A stretch of DNA of 64,000 bases from a bacterium (GTDB lineage: Bacteria; Vulcanimicrobiota; Xenobia; Xenobiales; Xenobiaceae). The position numbers were made by a program, and so were the translations under genes. Each line of letters begins with the position of its first letter. Position 1 is the first letter of the stretch. Positions 44,568 through 53,440 of the stretch are shown one piece after another. The DNA lies in NCBI GenBank assembly GCA_022839105.1, contig JALHDH010000003.1, positions 66 through 64,065 of the forward strand. The letters are read 5' to 3'. The notes under the pieces were generated by a model. The model worked only from the letters and a program-made list of their open reading frames with translations. It did no database searches and was not told where the DNA came from.

Positions 44568-45998
44568 ATGCTGCAGTCCGCCCTTCCGGGCCTGGCCGAC
44601 CGCGTCCGCGAGGCCCGGGAATACGCCCTTTCCAGGGGGCTTTTGAAGTATGATGCCCAGGGGCAGGTGGTTCATCTCCCCTTCGCCCTGACGCCCTGGC
44701 AGGCCCCGGCGCGCTTCGTCCGGCAGGTCCGGGACCTGGCCAGCATCTTCAACCGGCTCTATGCCCGGGTCAGCCATGATCCCGAGTTCCTGCGCCAGAC
44801 CATGGAGCCCGCGGCCCGGACCGACGAGTTCGTCTCGCGGATGCTGGCGTGTCTTCCCGAGGACCCCCCTCCCCGCCCCGAGCTCTTCCTGACCCGCAAT
44901 GACTTCATGCCGCTGCAGACGCCGGAGGGGCCCTCGCCGCGCCAGGTGGAGATCAACATGATCGCCGCCTCGTTGGGGCCGGCCTCGCAGAAGGTGAACG
45001 ACCTGCAGCGCTTCCTGTATCGCGAGGAGGAGCTGGGGGGGCGGATCCTTCCGACCCGGCCCGGAGACGAGCAGATCCGGGTTCTGGTCCAGGCCTGGAA
45101 GCTCTTCGGGGATCCTCAGGCGCGGATCCTGTTCCTGCTTCCGCCCGGCGAGAAGGGCGTCTTCGACCAGCTCACCCTGGCCAGCGCGCTGGTCCTGGAG
45201 CATGGGGTTCCCATGCTGCGCTGCACCTTGGAGGAGCTGGGCCGCGAGGGCGAACTCCGGGGGGGAGATCTGTGGTTCCGAGGCCGTCGCGTGGCCATGG
45301 GCTACTTCCGTGGGGGCTATGCCCCCGGGCACTACGAGGGCGAGGCCAGTTGGAACGCCAGGCGCTTGCTGGAGGCTTCCACGGCCATTTCGGTGCCCTC
45401 CATCCCGGCCCAACTGGCGAACATGAAGATGGTCCAGGGCCGGCTGACCTCTGGTGATGTCCTGCGGCGTTACCTGTCGGATTCCGAGGCCGAGGCCGCG
45501 GCGGCCACCTTCGTGGCCATGGCTCCTCCCTCCGAGGAGATCACCTGGAGGGGGCAGCGGGGCCGGGCCCGGGATCTGGCCCTGGCCTTCCCGGAGGACT
45601 GGGTGCTCAAGCCTCAGCGGGAGGGCGGAGGCAACAACCTGTACGGTCAGGACATGGTCCGCCGCCTGGAGGCGATGCGCCCCGAAGAGGATCCGGCCTT
45701 CATCGTGATGGAATACATCCGGCCGGCCGCCTTCCACTCGGTGCGGATGGTCGAGAATCAACCCGTGGAGGGCTTGTGCCTCACCGAGTTCGGAACCTTC
45801 GGAGCCTTCCTGATGGAGCCCGGGGGGCTGGATCGGCCGATCCTGGACCAGGACCTGGGCTACCTGTTGCGGACCAAGGATCACCAGAGTCGGGAGGGCC
45901 TGGTGATCGGAGGCTACGCGGCCCTGGACGTGCTGGCCCTGGAAGAACCCGCCGGCATTCCGGAGTCCGGGGGAAGAGGCCAGGCTGGGGGGGGCTGA
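44568..45998 (+). CDS. Glutathione synthetase, eukaryotic-type (GSH_synth_ATP family)
   Basis: ATG 44568 preceded by GAAGGA. Motifs typical of eukaryotic GSS: VHLPFALTPW, EINMIAASLG, VLKPQREGGGNNLYG and FIVMEYIRP. Confidence 0.85.
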   Translation: MLQSALPGLADRVREAREYALSRGLLKYDAQGQVVHLPFALTPWQAPARFVRQVRDLASIFNRLYARVSHDPEFLRQTMEPAARTDEFVSRMLACLPEDPPPRPELFLTRNDFMPLQTPEGPSPRQVEINMIAASLGPASQKVNDLQRFLYREEELGGRILPTRPGDEQIRVLVQAWKLFGDPQARILFLLPPGEKGVFDQLTLASALVLEHGVPMLRCTLEELGREGELRGGDLWFRGRRVAMGYFRGGYAPGHYEGEASWNARRLLEASTAISVPSIPAQLANMKMVQGRLTSGDVLRRYLSDSEAEAAAATFVAMAPPSEEITWRGQRGRARDLALAFPEDWVLKPQREGGGNNLYGQDMVRRLEAMRPEEDPAFIVMEYIRPAAFHSVRMVENQPVEGLCLTEFGTFGAFLMEPGGLDRPILDQDLGYLLRTKDHQSREGLVIGGYAALDVLALEEPAGIPESGGRGQAGGG

Positions 45999-46017
45999 AT
46001 CCGGGGGCAGTGAGGGA

Positions 46018-47622
46018 GTGTCAGAGATGAGCCAGGACGCTGACCGGGCCCGAGCCGCGAATCTGGCCCCGGGGAGGGGCTTGTTGAGGAGTGGCCGGCG
46101 GGCCTGGTTGTGGTGGCTGATCCCGATCGGCGCCTGCTGGCTCTGGTACTGGCTTCTTTCGGCCGTGGCCCTGGAGAGGATCCAGGCCCTGGGAGTGGTC
46201 GGCTCCTACTCCTTCGCAGTCTACAACCAGCTCTTCTGGAATTTCGCCTGGACAGGCAGCTTTGAACAGACCATCCACGTGTCCTACGTGGACAACTGGA
46301 TCTGGTCGGGCCATCGCTCGCCCTGGATCTTCGTGGTGGGCTGGCTCTATCACCTGGCGCCGGAACCGATCACGCTGTGTCGCATCCAGATCGGTGCCGT
46401 GGCCCTGGGGGGCCTGCCCGCCTTCGGTCTGGGCTGGAGGGTCTTCGGCGGACCCCTCGGCGGGATCGCCGGGCTCCTGATGTACCTCGGCTATCCGCCG
46501 GTGGCGATCCTGGCCCTGAGCGACTACCAGGACATGATCCTGGGGATTCCCCTGGCCGTGGCCGTCGTGCACCAGGCCTGGCGCGGGAGCCCCCGGGGAT
46601 TCGCGCTGGCCTGCCTGGCCACCGCCGCCAGCCGGGAGGAGTGGATCCTCGTGGTTCCCTGCCTGGGACTGCTGGCTCCGGGGGCCTGGAGGGAGCGTCT
46701 GGTCTGGGTGGCCCGGGCCCTGGCCGTGGCGCTGGTCTACTTCATGGTCTTGTGGTGGGTCAGCTTCGACCCTACGGCCCACGGCAGGGCGGCAGGGAGC
46801 CACCCTCGGCCTTCGTTGCCTGCCTCCTGGCACGAGGGGGTCGAAAGAGTCCACGGCGTCCTGGCACCGGTCCCCTACGCGAACGTCGATCCGGTCCAGG
46901 AAACCTGGCAGAGGACCTGGATGGGCTTCCTGAAGATCACCCGGACCCGCGATGAGCTCCGCGATTTCTACCTGGATCTGCTGGCCCCGGTCCACCTGGG
47001 GGCCGTCTTCTCTCCGTGGGCCATCCTCCCCGCCGCCGGAGCCCTGGCGGTCCACCTGACGGCTCCTCAGGATATCGGCATCGACGCGAACTGGGGCCGG
47101 GTGATCCATCATGTGGGTCCGATCGCGGTGCTGCTTGTGTTGGGGACGATCCTGGGGTTCGGATGGTGCTATCGTCGGACCCGAGGCTCGAGATGGCTGT
47201 GGATCCCCCTCGGCCTGCTGGGCCTCTTCCTGGTCATGGCGGTGGGGAAGAACTGGGCAAGCCAGCTTCGCGTGCCCTGGTTGGGCCCTCACGGAGTCCG
47301 GATGCCGGCTCCCGAGTGGGAACTGGTGGCCCAGGTGCCCCCGGAGGCCAGCATCGCCACGGATCAGCAGGCCGCGCTGCTGATCTGCAACCGTCGGCTC
47401 TGCTACACCTACGACGACAGCCTCCGGGAGAAGGCGCCGGGTCGCAGCCCCAAGGGCCTGGACTACATCCTGATCAGCAAGGAGCACCCCGACTGGATGG
47501 AGTGGGCCCGGCGCCTGGAGGGGAACCGGCTTCTGGGCGAGACCCCCAGGTATCTGCTGTATTGGCTGCCCTGGGCCGATCCCTCGGCGCCTCCCCGGCC
47601 CGCCCCATCCGGGAGCCCATGA
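46018..47622 (+). CDS. Polytopic membrane protein, DUF2079-like (GT-C-like)
   Basis: YSFAVYNQLFWNFAWTGSFEQT...WSGHRSPWIFVVGWLYHL resembles the DUF2079 N-terminal loop. More than 10 TM segments. Confidence 0.65.
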   Translation: MSEMSQDADRARAANLAPGRGLLRSGRRAWLWWLIPIGACWLWYWLLSAVALERIQALGVVGSYSFAVYNQLFWNFAWTGSFEQTIHVSYVDNWIWSGHRSPWIFVVGWLYHLAPEPITLCRIQIGAVALGGLPAFGLGWRVFGGPLGGIAGLLMYLGYPPVAILALSDYQDMILGIPLAVAVVHQAWRGSPRGFALACLATAASREEWILVVPCLGLLAPGAWRERLVWVARALAVALVYFMVLWWVSFDPTAHGRAAGSHPRPSLPASWHEGVERVHGVLAPVPYANVDPVQETWQRTWMGFLKITRTRDELRDFYLDLLAPVHLGAVFSPWAILPAAGALAVHLTAPQDIGIDANWGRVIHHVGPIAVLLVLGTILGFGWCYRRTRGSRWLWIPLGLLGLFLVMAVGKNWASQLRVPWLGPHGVRMPAPEWELVAQVPPEASIATDQQAALLICNRRLCYTYDDSLREKAPGRSPKGLDYILISKEHPDWMEWARRLEGNRLLGETPRYLLYWLPWADPSAPPRPAPSGSP

Positions 47623-47662
47623 TGTGACACAGGCTCCCAGACGGAGCCGGGGGAGCAGGATC

Positions 47663-48349
47663 CTAGTGGCAGGCGCCCTTCTCGGCGGCGCCGGGAGCCA
47701 CGGCTTCCAATGGCTTGCGGCACAGGTACCAGTCGGTGCAGTACTGACCCTCGGCCGCCAGGCGCGCGGCTGCGCCCTCGTCGGTGTTGGGAGCGGGCAG
47801 GATCACCTCGTCGCCCGGCTTCCAGTTGGCCGGCGTGGCCACCTTGTGCCGGTCGGTGGTCTGCAGGGCGCGGATCAGGCGCAGGATCTCCTGCATGTTG
47901 CGGCCCGTCGAGAGCGGGTAGTAGATGATCGCGCGGATCACGCTCTTGTCGTCGATCACGAAGACGCAGCGCGAGGTCTCGGTCTGGCTCTCGCCCGGCA
48001 TGATCATCCCGTAGGCCTCGGCGACCTTGCGGTCGAGATCGGCGATGATGGGGAACTCGATGCGCACGCCCATCTTCTCGTGGATGTTGCGGACCCAGGC
48101 GATATGCGAGAAGACGCTGTCGATGGAAAGGCCCAGAAGATCGCAGTTGAGCTCGCGCAACTCGGGGTAGATCTCCGAGAATCCGATGAACTCGGTGGTG
48201 CAGACCGGGGTGAAGTCCGCCGGGTGCGAGAACAGGATGAACCACCTGCCCTTGTAGTCCTCCAGCTTGAGCCGACCATGGGTGGTGACGGCGTCAAAGC
48301 TCGGGGCCGGCTCGCCGATTCGGGGCAGGGTGGCGTTCTCATGACACAT
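47663..48349 (-). CDS. Peroxiredoxin (Prx6 / 1-Cys-type lineage)
   Basis: GEPAPSFDAVTTHG, peroxidatic-Cys motif FSHPADFTPVCTTE, LGLSIDSVFSHIAW and FPIIADLDRKVAEAYGMI. Confidence 0.95.
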   Translation of the reverse strand: MCHENATLPRIGEPAPSFDAVTTHGRLKLEDYKGRWFILFSHPADFTPVCTTEFIGFSEIYPELRELNCDLLGLSIDSVFSHIAWVRNIHEKMGVRIEFPIIADLDRKVAEAYGMIMPGESQTETSRCVFVIDDKSVIRAIIYYPLSTGRNMQEILRLIRALQTTDRHKVATPANWKPGDEVILPAPNTDEGAAARLAAEGQYCTDWYLCRKPLEAVAPGAAEKGACH

Positions 48350-48584
48350 GGGGATGATTTGCCTCCTCAGGATGGAAGTTGTAGAGGGATCCTTCCCCCG
48401 ACCGGGCGATTTTCAATCCTGATCGCTCCGAGGAACCTTCGAACCAGAGGATTCCTCAGGCTCGAAGACCGGGGCCGGGGGGCAGGATTGGAGGGCGGTG
48501 CTCTCCAAATCCCCAGAACGGGGAGGGGGGTCCTTCTCGGGGGAGGAGCATTCCTGCAGAAGGCCTGTCTCGGGAGGGTGCGTC

Positions 48585-49286
48585 ATGTTGGGACGATTCA
48601 AGAAGGTCTTCACGAAGCTCACGGGGCCCGGGCTCGTCGAGCCGGCACCCCCCGAACCCGAAGGGGCTCCGGGTCCGCCCGTCCTCGAACTGCTCTTCTT
48701 CGACGAGGTCCTGACCTTCCGGACCTCCCGACTCCTTCCGGTGCATGAGGAGTTCGAGGCTCCGGCCGGACCGGATCACACCCTGCTCTTGAGCCCTCGG
48801 ACCCGCAAGGTGCTGACCGAGGAGCCCCTGGAGGTGGAATACACCGCGGATGTCCGGGCTTCCGAGGAGGCCCTTGTCTGGTTGCGGGGGCACTGCGGCG
48901 TCGAGGTCGTGGCCCGGGGCGGGCAGCAGGAGCGACGCGCGCTGCCGCGCCTGCTCAACCGGATCCGGGTGAGATCCCGTCACCTTCCCCATTTCCAGGG
49001 GATGACCCATGACCTGACCGAGAAGGGGGTCCGCCTGGTCTCGGAAGGGGACCTGGCTCCGGGAACCGCACTGACGCTGGATGTCCAACTCGACCACGAT
49101 CGCCTGAAGGATGTCCAGGCCCGGGGCGAGGTCGTCTGGAGCCGGGCCTTGGAGGAAGGGCGGACCTGGTGGCTGGGCGTCCGCCTGGTCGAGGTGGGGG
49201 ATCCCGAGACCCTCAGGGAGTATGTCGAAGAGCTGGCCAGCGCCACCGACGAGGGGCTGACGCGCAAGAACTTCCTGGATTCCTGA
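48585..49286 (+). CDS. PilZ-domain protein
   Basis: ATG 48585. The C-terminal half has RRALPRLLNRIRVRSR ... GMTHDLTEKGVRLVS ... ARGEVVWSR (PilZ RxxxR / DxSxxG-like pattern). Confidence 0.7.
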   Translation: MLGRFKKVFTKLTGPGLVEPAPPEPEGAPGPPVLELLFFDEVLTFRTSRLLPVHEEFEAPAGPDHTLLLSPRTRKVLTEEPLEVEYTADVRASEEALVWLRGHCGVEVVARGGQQERRALPRLLNRIRVRSRHLPHFQGMTHDLTEKGVRLVSEGDLAPGTALTLDVQLDHDRLKDVQARGEVVWSRALEEGRTWWLGVRLVEVGDPETLREYVEELASATDEGLTRKNFLDS

Positions 49287-49371
49287 GGAATCGAGAGGTC
49301 AGGACTTTCAGGTCCGGTATCGGTCTGTCGGGAGCGGGGTACCCCGGCCATGCACGCGAGACCCTTCGGCG

Positions 49372-49380
49372 TGCTATACT
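49372..49380 (+). promoter_or_regulatory. Extended -10 promoter element TGCTATACT upstream of the pseudopilin operon
   Basis: TG-n-TATACT in intergenic DNA about 70 nt upstream of the proposed start at 49450. Confidence 0.45.
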
Positions 49381-49449
49381 CCAGGTGTCGGGCCCGCGGT
49401 CTTTGGGCGGCCCGACATCCATCCCGAACCTGCAGAGGGGGGTACGTCG

Positions 49450-49950
49450 ATTCGTCGACAAGGGGTCCTGGGCCATTCACTTCTGGAGGCGATCCTGGCG
49501 AGTTCGCTGGGGACGCTGGTGGCCTTGTTGCTCTTGTCGATCCTTCCCGGGGCGCTGGGTGGGATGGCCGCCTCGGCCCATCAGTTGCAGGCCTGCGACC
49601 TGGCCGGCGAGGTCCTCTCCCGGATTGAAGCCTTCCCCTTCGATCGATTGCCGGTCGGGCAGACCTTTGACGGTCAGTTGCCCACCCCCGCCCAGAGGGC
49701 CGGCCAGCCGGATCAGTTCCCGCCGCTCCCCTATCCGGCGGTCCAGAGGCGCTTCGTGGAGGGAAGCCGCGAGCGCGTCGTCGACTACCAGATCCGCGTG
49801 GCCCTGGAGCCGGGTCGGGACCGGAATGGGGCCGTGGCGGCGGATCTGGTCGAAGTCCGCGTGAGGGTGGACTGGAAGACCTTCAGCCCCTGGGGCCGGG
49901 CCCATCCGCATCACCTCGAGGTCTCCACCCTGGTGGTGGATCTGCCATGA
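49450..49950 (+). CDS. Minor pseudopilin (GspI/PilV-like), probable non-canonical ATT start
   Basis: The reading frame is open well upstream of the track ORF (GTG 49519) and encodes a class III signal, (M)RRQGVLG/HSLLEAILASSLGTLVALLLL, with Glu at +5. GAGGGGGG lies 7 nt upstream of ATT 49450. There is no ATG/GTG/TTG in frame before 49519. Confidence 0.6.
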   Translation: MRRQGVLGHSLLEAILASSLGTLVALLLLSILPGALGGMAASAHQLQACDLAGEVLSRIEAFPFDRLPVGQTFDGQLPTPAQRAGQPDQFPPLPYPAVQRRFVEGSRERVVDYQIRVALEPGRDRNGAVAADLVEVRVRVDWKTFSPWGRAHPHHLEVSTLVVDLP

Positions 49951-50573
49951 GAAGGCCGTCCGGCGTGAGCCTTCTCGAGCTCCTGATCGCCTCGGCGCTG
50001 GCCCTGCTGGCGCTCTCGGCGGCCTTTCTCTCCTTCTGGCCGGCCCAGGACTACTTCCAGCAGGCCAACCAGACCTCGGCGCTCTACAACCAGGCCCTGA
50101 TCGCCCTGGATCGCCTGGCCGTCGAGATCGAGGAGGCCGGCCCCTGGGTGGTGGAGGCCACATCCTCCAATTCCCCGGTCCTGGCCCTGCCCTCGGCCCG
50201 GGATGCCGAGAACGTCTTCCGGCGCACCGAGGAGGGGCAACCCGCCTGGCGCAAGTGGATCCTCTACTACGTCTCTGCCGAGGCTTCCGGCCTGGTGCTC
50301 CTGCGGCGCGAGGTCCCCGGGACCTTCCCGCCGGATCCCTCGCCCTGGGCCATCCCTCCGGCTCTCCTGACGCCGCCGGGCCACGAGAACCGCATCATGT
50401 GCCGGAACCTCTCCTTGTTCCGGGTCTGGGCTCTTCCGGCCGACGCAGGGGGGCTGACCTGCCAGATCGAGCTGGTCCTCAGCCAACAGACCCGCCATCC
50501 CGTCGGAGCCGAGGCCCCGCTGACCCACACCGTGCGATTCCAGAGGACCGTGCTGACGAGGAACCCGCAATGA
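49947..50573 (+). CDS. Minor pseudopilin (GspJ/PilW-like) with prepilin-type N-terminal motif
   Basis: MRRPSG/VSLLELLIASALALLAL (G, then E at +5). ATGA overlap with the previous gene. Confidence 0.75.
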   Translation: MRRPSGVSLLELLIASALALLALSAAFLSFWPAQDYFQQANQTSALYNQALIALDRLAVEIEEAGPWVVEATSSNSPVLALPSARDAENVFRRTEEGQPAWRKWILYYVSAEASGLVLLRREVPGTFPPDPSPWAIPPALLTPPGHENRIMCRNLSLFRVWALPADAGGLTCQIELVLSQQTRHPVGAEAPLTHTVRFQRTVLTRNPQ

Positions 50574-51799
50574 TTCGTCGCCCCTGCTCTCGTGGCTTCG
50601 TGCTGATCAGCATGATCATGCTGCTGGCATGCCTTTTCACCCTTCTCTTCGCCCTTCTGACCCTCTCCGAGCAGAGGAGCCGCCTGGTCCATCTCAACAC
50701 CGAGCGCACCGTCCTCAGCGCGGAGGCCCGCGCCGGGTTGAGCGAGGCGGCCCATCTCCTGGCGGAGATCCACGACTGGAACCGGGCCGCCGGGGAGCTC
50801 CCCTCCGATCCGGTCAGCCTGAACCAGGCGCTCGGAGCCTGGCATCGCCTGGAGGTCGTCTCGGCCCGCTCCCAGGAGGTGACCGTCCGCAGCGTGGCCT
50901 GGTTCGAGGCCGCCCCGGGCCGTCCCGGGCTCACCCGGCACCTCGAAGCCACCTTCCGCCGAGCGGGCCTCTCCTTCCCGGACGCGGCCCTGTACGGGGC
51001 CCGCTGGGTCGTGCTGGAATCCAACGCGCGCACCGATTCCTACAACTCGAGGAATGCCGCCTACGACCCGAAGAATCCCGGGGTGGAGGGGCATGTGGGC
51101 AGCAACGCCGATCTCACCCCCATCACCCTTCGCTCCAACGCCGACGTCAAGGGGGATCTGGTGGTCGTCCAGCAGGCCCAGCCGTCCATCCGGCCCAACG
51201 CCCGCTATACCCAGACCCAGCGCCGCGAGGAGCCCCTGCCCCTGCCGGTGGTGCCCGTGCCCGCGGACCTGGCCGGCTCCTCCTCGCGGGGTGACATCCA
51301 TTCGGGGGTTCCGGTCGAACTCTCTCCGGGCCGCTACGGGGACCTGACGACCGGGGCCAGGGGGCATGTGGTCCTGAAGCCTGGGGACTATCTCTTCGAC
51401 AACATCGAGATGGGCCAGAACAGCGTCCTGCTGGTGGCCGAGGGCAAGGTCCGGGTCTTCGTCCGGCAGCGCGCCGAGTTCGGCTCCAACACGAGGATCA
51501 ACATGGACGCTCCCAACCAGGACTCCACCAGCCTGTTGATGATTGCCGACTATTCCACCGGGCAGAAGACCGAGTTCCACTTCAACAGCAACTGCGACCT
51601 GGTGGGGGCCGTGTACAATCCGCTGGGGCCGGTACGCCTGGAGTCCAATACCCAGGTCTTCGGGAACGTGACCGCGGACACCATCCAGATGGACAGCTTC
51701 GCCCAGGTCCACAAGGACCGGGCCTTGCAGAGCCTGGTCCTGGTTCCCGATGCGGAGGGCGGTGGGGGAGTCCGCAGAACCTCCTGGTCGAGCTGGTGA
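50570..51799 (+). CDS. GspK/PilX-like pseudopilin lacking Glu+5, with a beta-helix-like C-terminal domain
   Basis: MIRRPCSRGFVLISMIMLLACLFTLL (PilX_N-like). ATGA overlap with the previous gene. The C-terminus has repetitive G.V...N-type strands (GHVGSNADL..., VGAVYNPLGPVRLESNTQVFGNVTADTI). Confidence 0.65.
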   Translation: MIRRPCSRGFVLISMIMLLACLFTLLFALLTLSEQRSRLVHLNTERTVLSAEARAGLSEAAHLLAEIHDWNRAAGELPSDPVSLNQALGAWHRLEVVSARSQEVTVRSVAWFEAAPGRPGLTRHLEATFRRAGLSFPDAALYGARWVVLESNARTDSYNSRNAAYDPKNPGVEGHVGSNADLTPITLRSNADVKGDLVVVQQAQPSIRPNARYTQTQRREEPLPLPVVPVPADLAGSSSRGDIHSGVPVELSPGRYGDLTTGARGHVVLKPGDYLFDNIEMGQNSVLLVAEGKVRVFVRQRAEFGSNTRINMDAPNQDSTSLLMIADYSTGQKTEFHFNSNCDLVGAVYNPLGPVRLESNTQVFGNVTADTIQMDSFAQVHKDRALQSLVLVPDAEGGGGVRRTSWSSW

Positions 51800-51806
51800 G
51801 GTCGAC

Positions 51807-53393
51807 TCAATCCTTCGGATCGGGGTAACCCTGGAGCAGGTCCACCAGATCGCAGAGCAGCATGCCCAGGTCCTTCGACCAGGTCTTCATCGACGGGGGG
51901 AACGGGACCTGGCAGACCAGCCATTCGCCCAGGCCCTGACGGGTCAGCCCGATCACCGTCGCCGGGCGCGAGTCGGCGACCCTCAGGCCCACCAGGTCCT
52001 GTTCCACGGGTCTTCCGTCCAGGCCCGCCAGGCAGGTCTCGCATCCGAGTTCCAGCACCAGTTCGGCCACCCGACGCGAGTCCAGCCGGCGCCAGGGGCC
52101 GGACGGATCATAGGTGATCCCCTGGATCCCGGCCCGAGGGACGCGGGTGAGCTCGGCCTCGAAGGGCAGGTCGGCCGCCTTCTCGTGGGCCAGCAACAGG
52201 ACCCGCCCGCCGGCGTTCACGAAGGACTGCAGCAGATAGCCCTGCGTGCGGATCTGCTCGCAGGCCCCCGGGGCGACCAGGACGGCCCGGGGCGGCTGGT
52301 CGGTGGCGATGGCCCGACCCCGGTCCAGGATCTGCAGTTCCTTGCTGAGGCATTCGACGCTGAAGCGGGCCACCGGGTAGCCCAGGCGTCGGAGCCTTCT
52401 GGCCCAGGGGCCCTCGGGCCAGTCCAGGAGGATCAGCTCGCGGGCCAGGGTGCGCCGGCGGAGGAGATGATAGAGGAAGCGGGCGGCCAGGATGGCCAGG
52501 ACCAGGCCCAGGGCCCGCAGGACCCCCCAGGCCCAGACGGGCAACTGGAGGGCGGCGCGATCCGGCCGGGCCTTCACCCCCGCCGGCCGGCGCAACACCA
52601 GCGAGAGCTCGGGCAGTCGGCTTCCGGGGGGATCGATTCGGACCTCCAGGGCCTCGGCCTGGAAGAGAGGGCGCCCATCGGAGTGGACCTCGAGGTGGGA
52701 CCAGCTCGGAGCCCCGGGAGCCCAGCGATAGTCCGCCAGCAGGGTTCCCAGGCCTCCCGGGCGCCGGATCTCGAGGCGCAAGGGCTCGAAGCTCGTCCGA
52801 TCCGCCCAGATGCGGGCCTGCATCCCGTTTTCCAGGGGGAGGTTCACCCGCAGGCAGGAGCGGCCGAAGAGGGTTTCGGAGCCCTCCATGGTCGGGCGTT
52901 GGCCCGGCAGGGCCCCCCAGAGTCGAGGTGGCCACAGGAAGCACAGCGGGTGGAAGGGCGAGGCCTCGGCGCTGTCCTGGCTCAGATCGGCGAAGCCCAG
53001 CTCGGGGTCCGGAGAGTCCTGGGGGGGGAGGGGGGCGATCGAGGCTCCCTGCCCCAGCCGGACCAGGCCCGAGTAGCGCAGGTCGAAACCCGCGCGACTG
53101 TCGAAGCGGAACCACCGCGCCCCCCCCTGCCACAGGTGCAGGTCGAAGTCGTCGGGCCCCTTGAAGCCCACCACGCCCCGCAGGTTCAGCTCAGAGGGCG
53201 GGTAGAAGCAGCGCAGGAAGCGGGGGTCGGTCCGGGTCAGGCGAACCTCCGCCTCCAGCCCCTCCACCCGGGAGCCCCCGGTCCGGATCCTCTGCAGGAT
53301 CCGCGAGGCCAGCTCTTCGGAGCCCTGCGCAGCCACCGGAGCGGGGACCCCGAGCCAGAACGCCAGCACGAGCCAGCACACCAGGCGGCTCAA
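51807..53393 (-). CDS. Bitopic hypothetical protein: periplasmic LolA-like domain, one TM, cytoplasmic domain
   Basis: TTG 53393 gives (M)SRLVCWLVLAFWLGVPAPVAA. A central TM VWAWGVLRALGLVLAILAARFLY. Only the last 528 codons of the 1008-aa track ORF are used. Confidence 0.55.
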   Translation of the reverse strand: MSRLVCWLVLAFWLGVPAPVAAQGSEELASRILQRIRTGGSRVEGLEAEVRLTRTDPRFLRCFYPPSELNLRGVVGFKGPDDFDLHLWQGGARWFRFDSRAGFDLRYSGLVRLGQGASIAPLPPQDSPDPELGFADLSQDSAEASPFHPLCFLWPPRLWGALPGQRPTMEGSETLFGRSCLRVNLPLENGMQARIWADRTSFEPLRLEIRRPGGLGTLLADYRWAPGAPSWSHLEVHSDGRPLFQAEALEVRIDPPGSRLPELSLVLRRPAGVKARPDRAALQLPVWAWGVLRALGLVLAILAARFLYHLLRRRTLARELILLDWPEGPWARRLRRLGYPVARFSVECLSKELQILDRGRAIATDQPPRAVLVAPGACEQIRTQGYLLQSFVNAGGRVLLLAHEKAADLPFEAELTRVPRAGIQGITYDPSGPWRRLDSRRVAELVLELGCETCLAGLDGRPVEQDLVGLRVADSRPATVIGLTRQGLGEWLVCQVPFPPSMKTWSKDLGMLLCDLVDLLQGYPDPKD

Positions 53394-53440
53394 AGTGCCC
53401 GCCGGACCTCGAAACGGGCTGGTCGAAGGAACCCGGGCCC

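Noticed and set aside
44301-45884. A 527-aa minus-strand ORF opposite the glutathione synthetase gene.
   Set aside because: No motifs and aberrant composition. The plus strand carries clear eukaryote-type GSS motifs.
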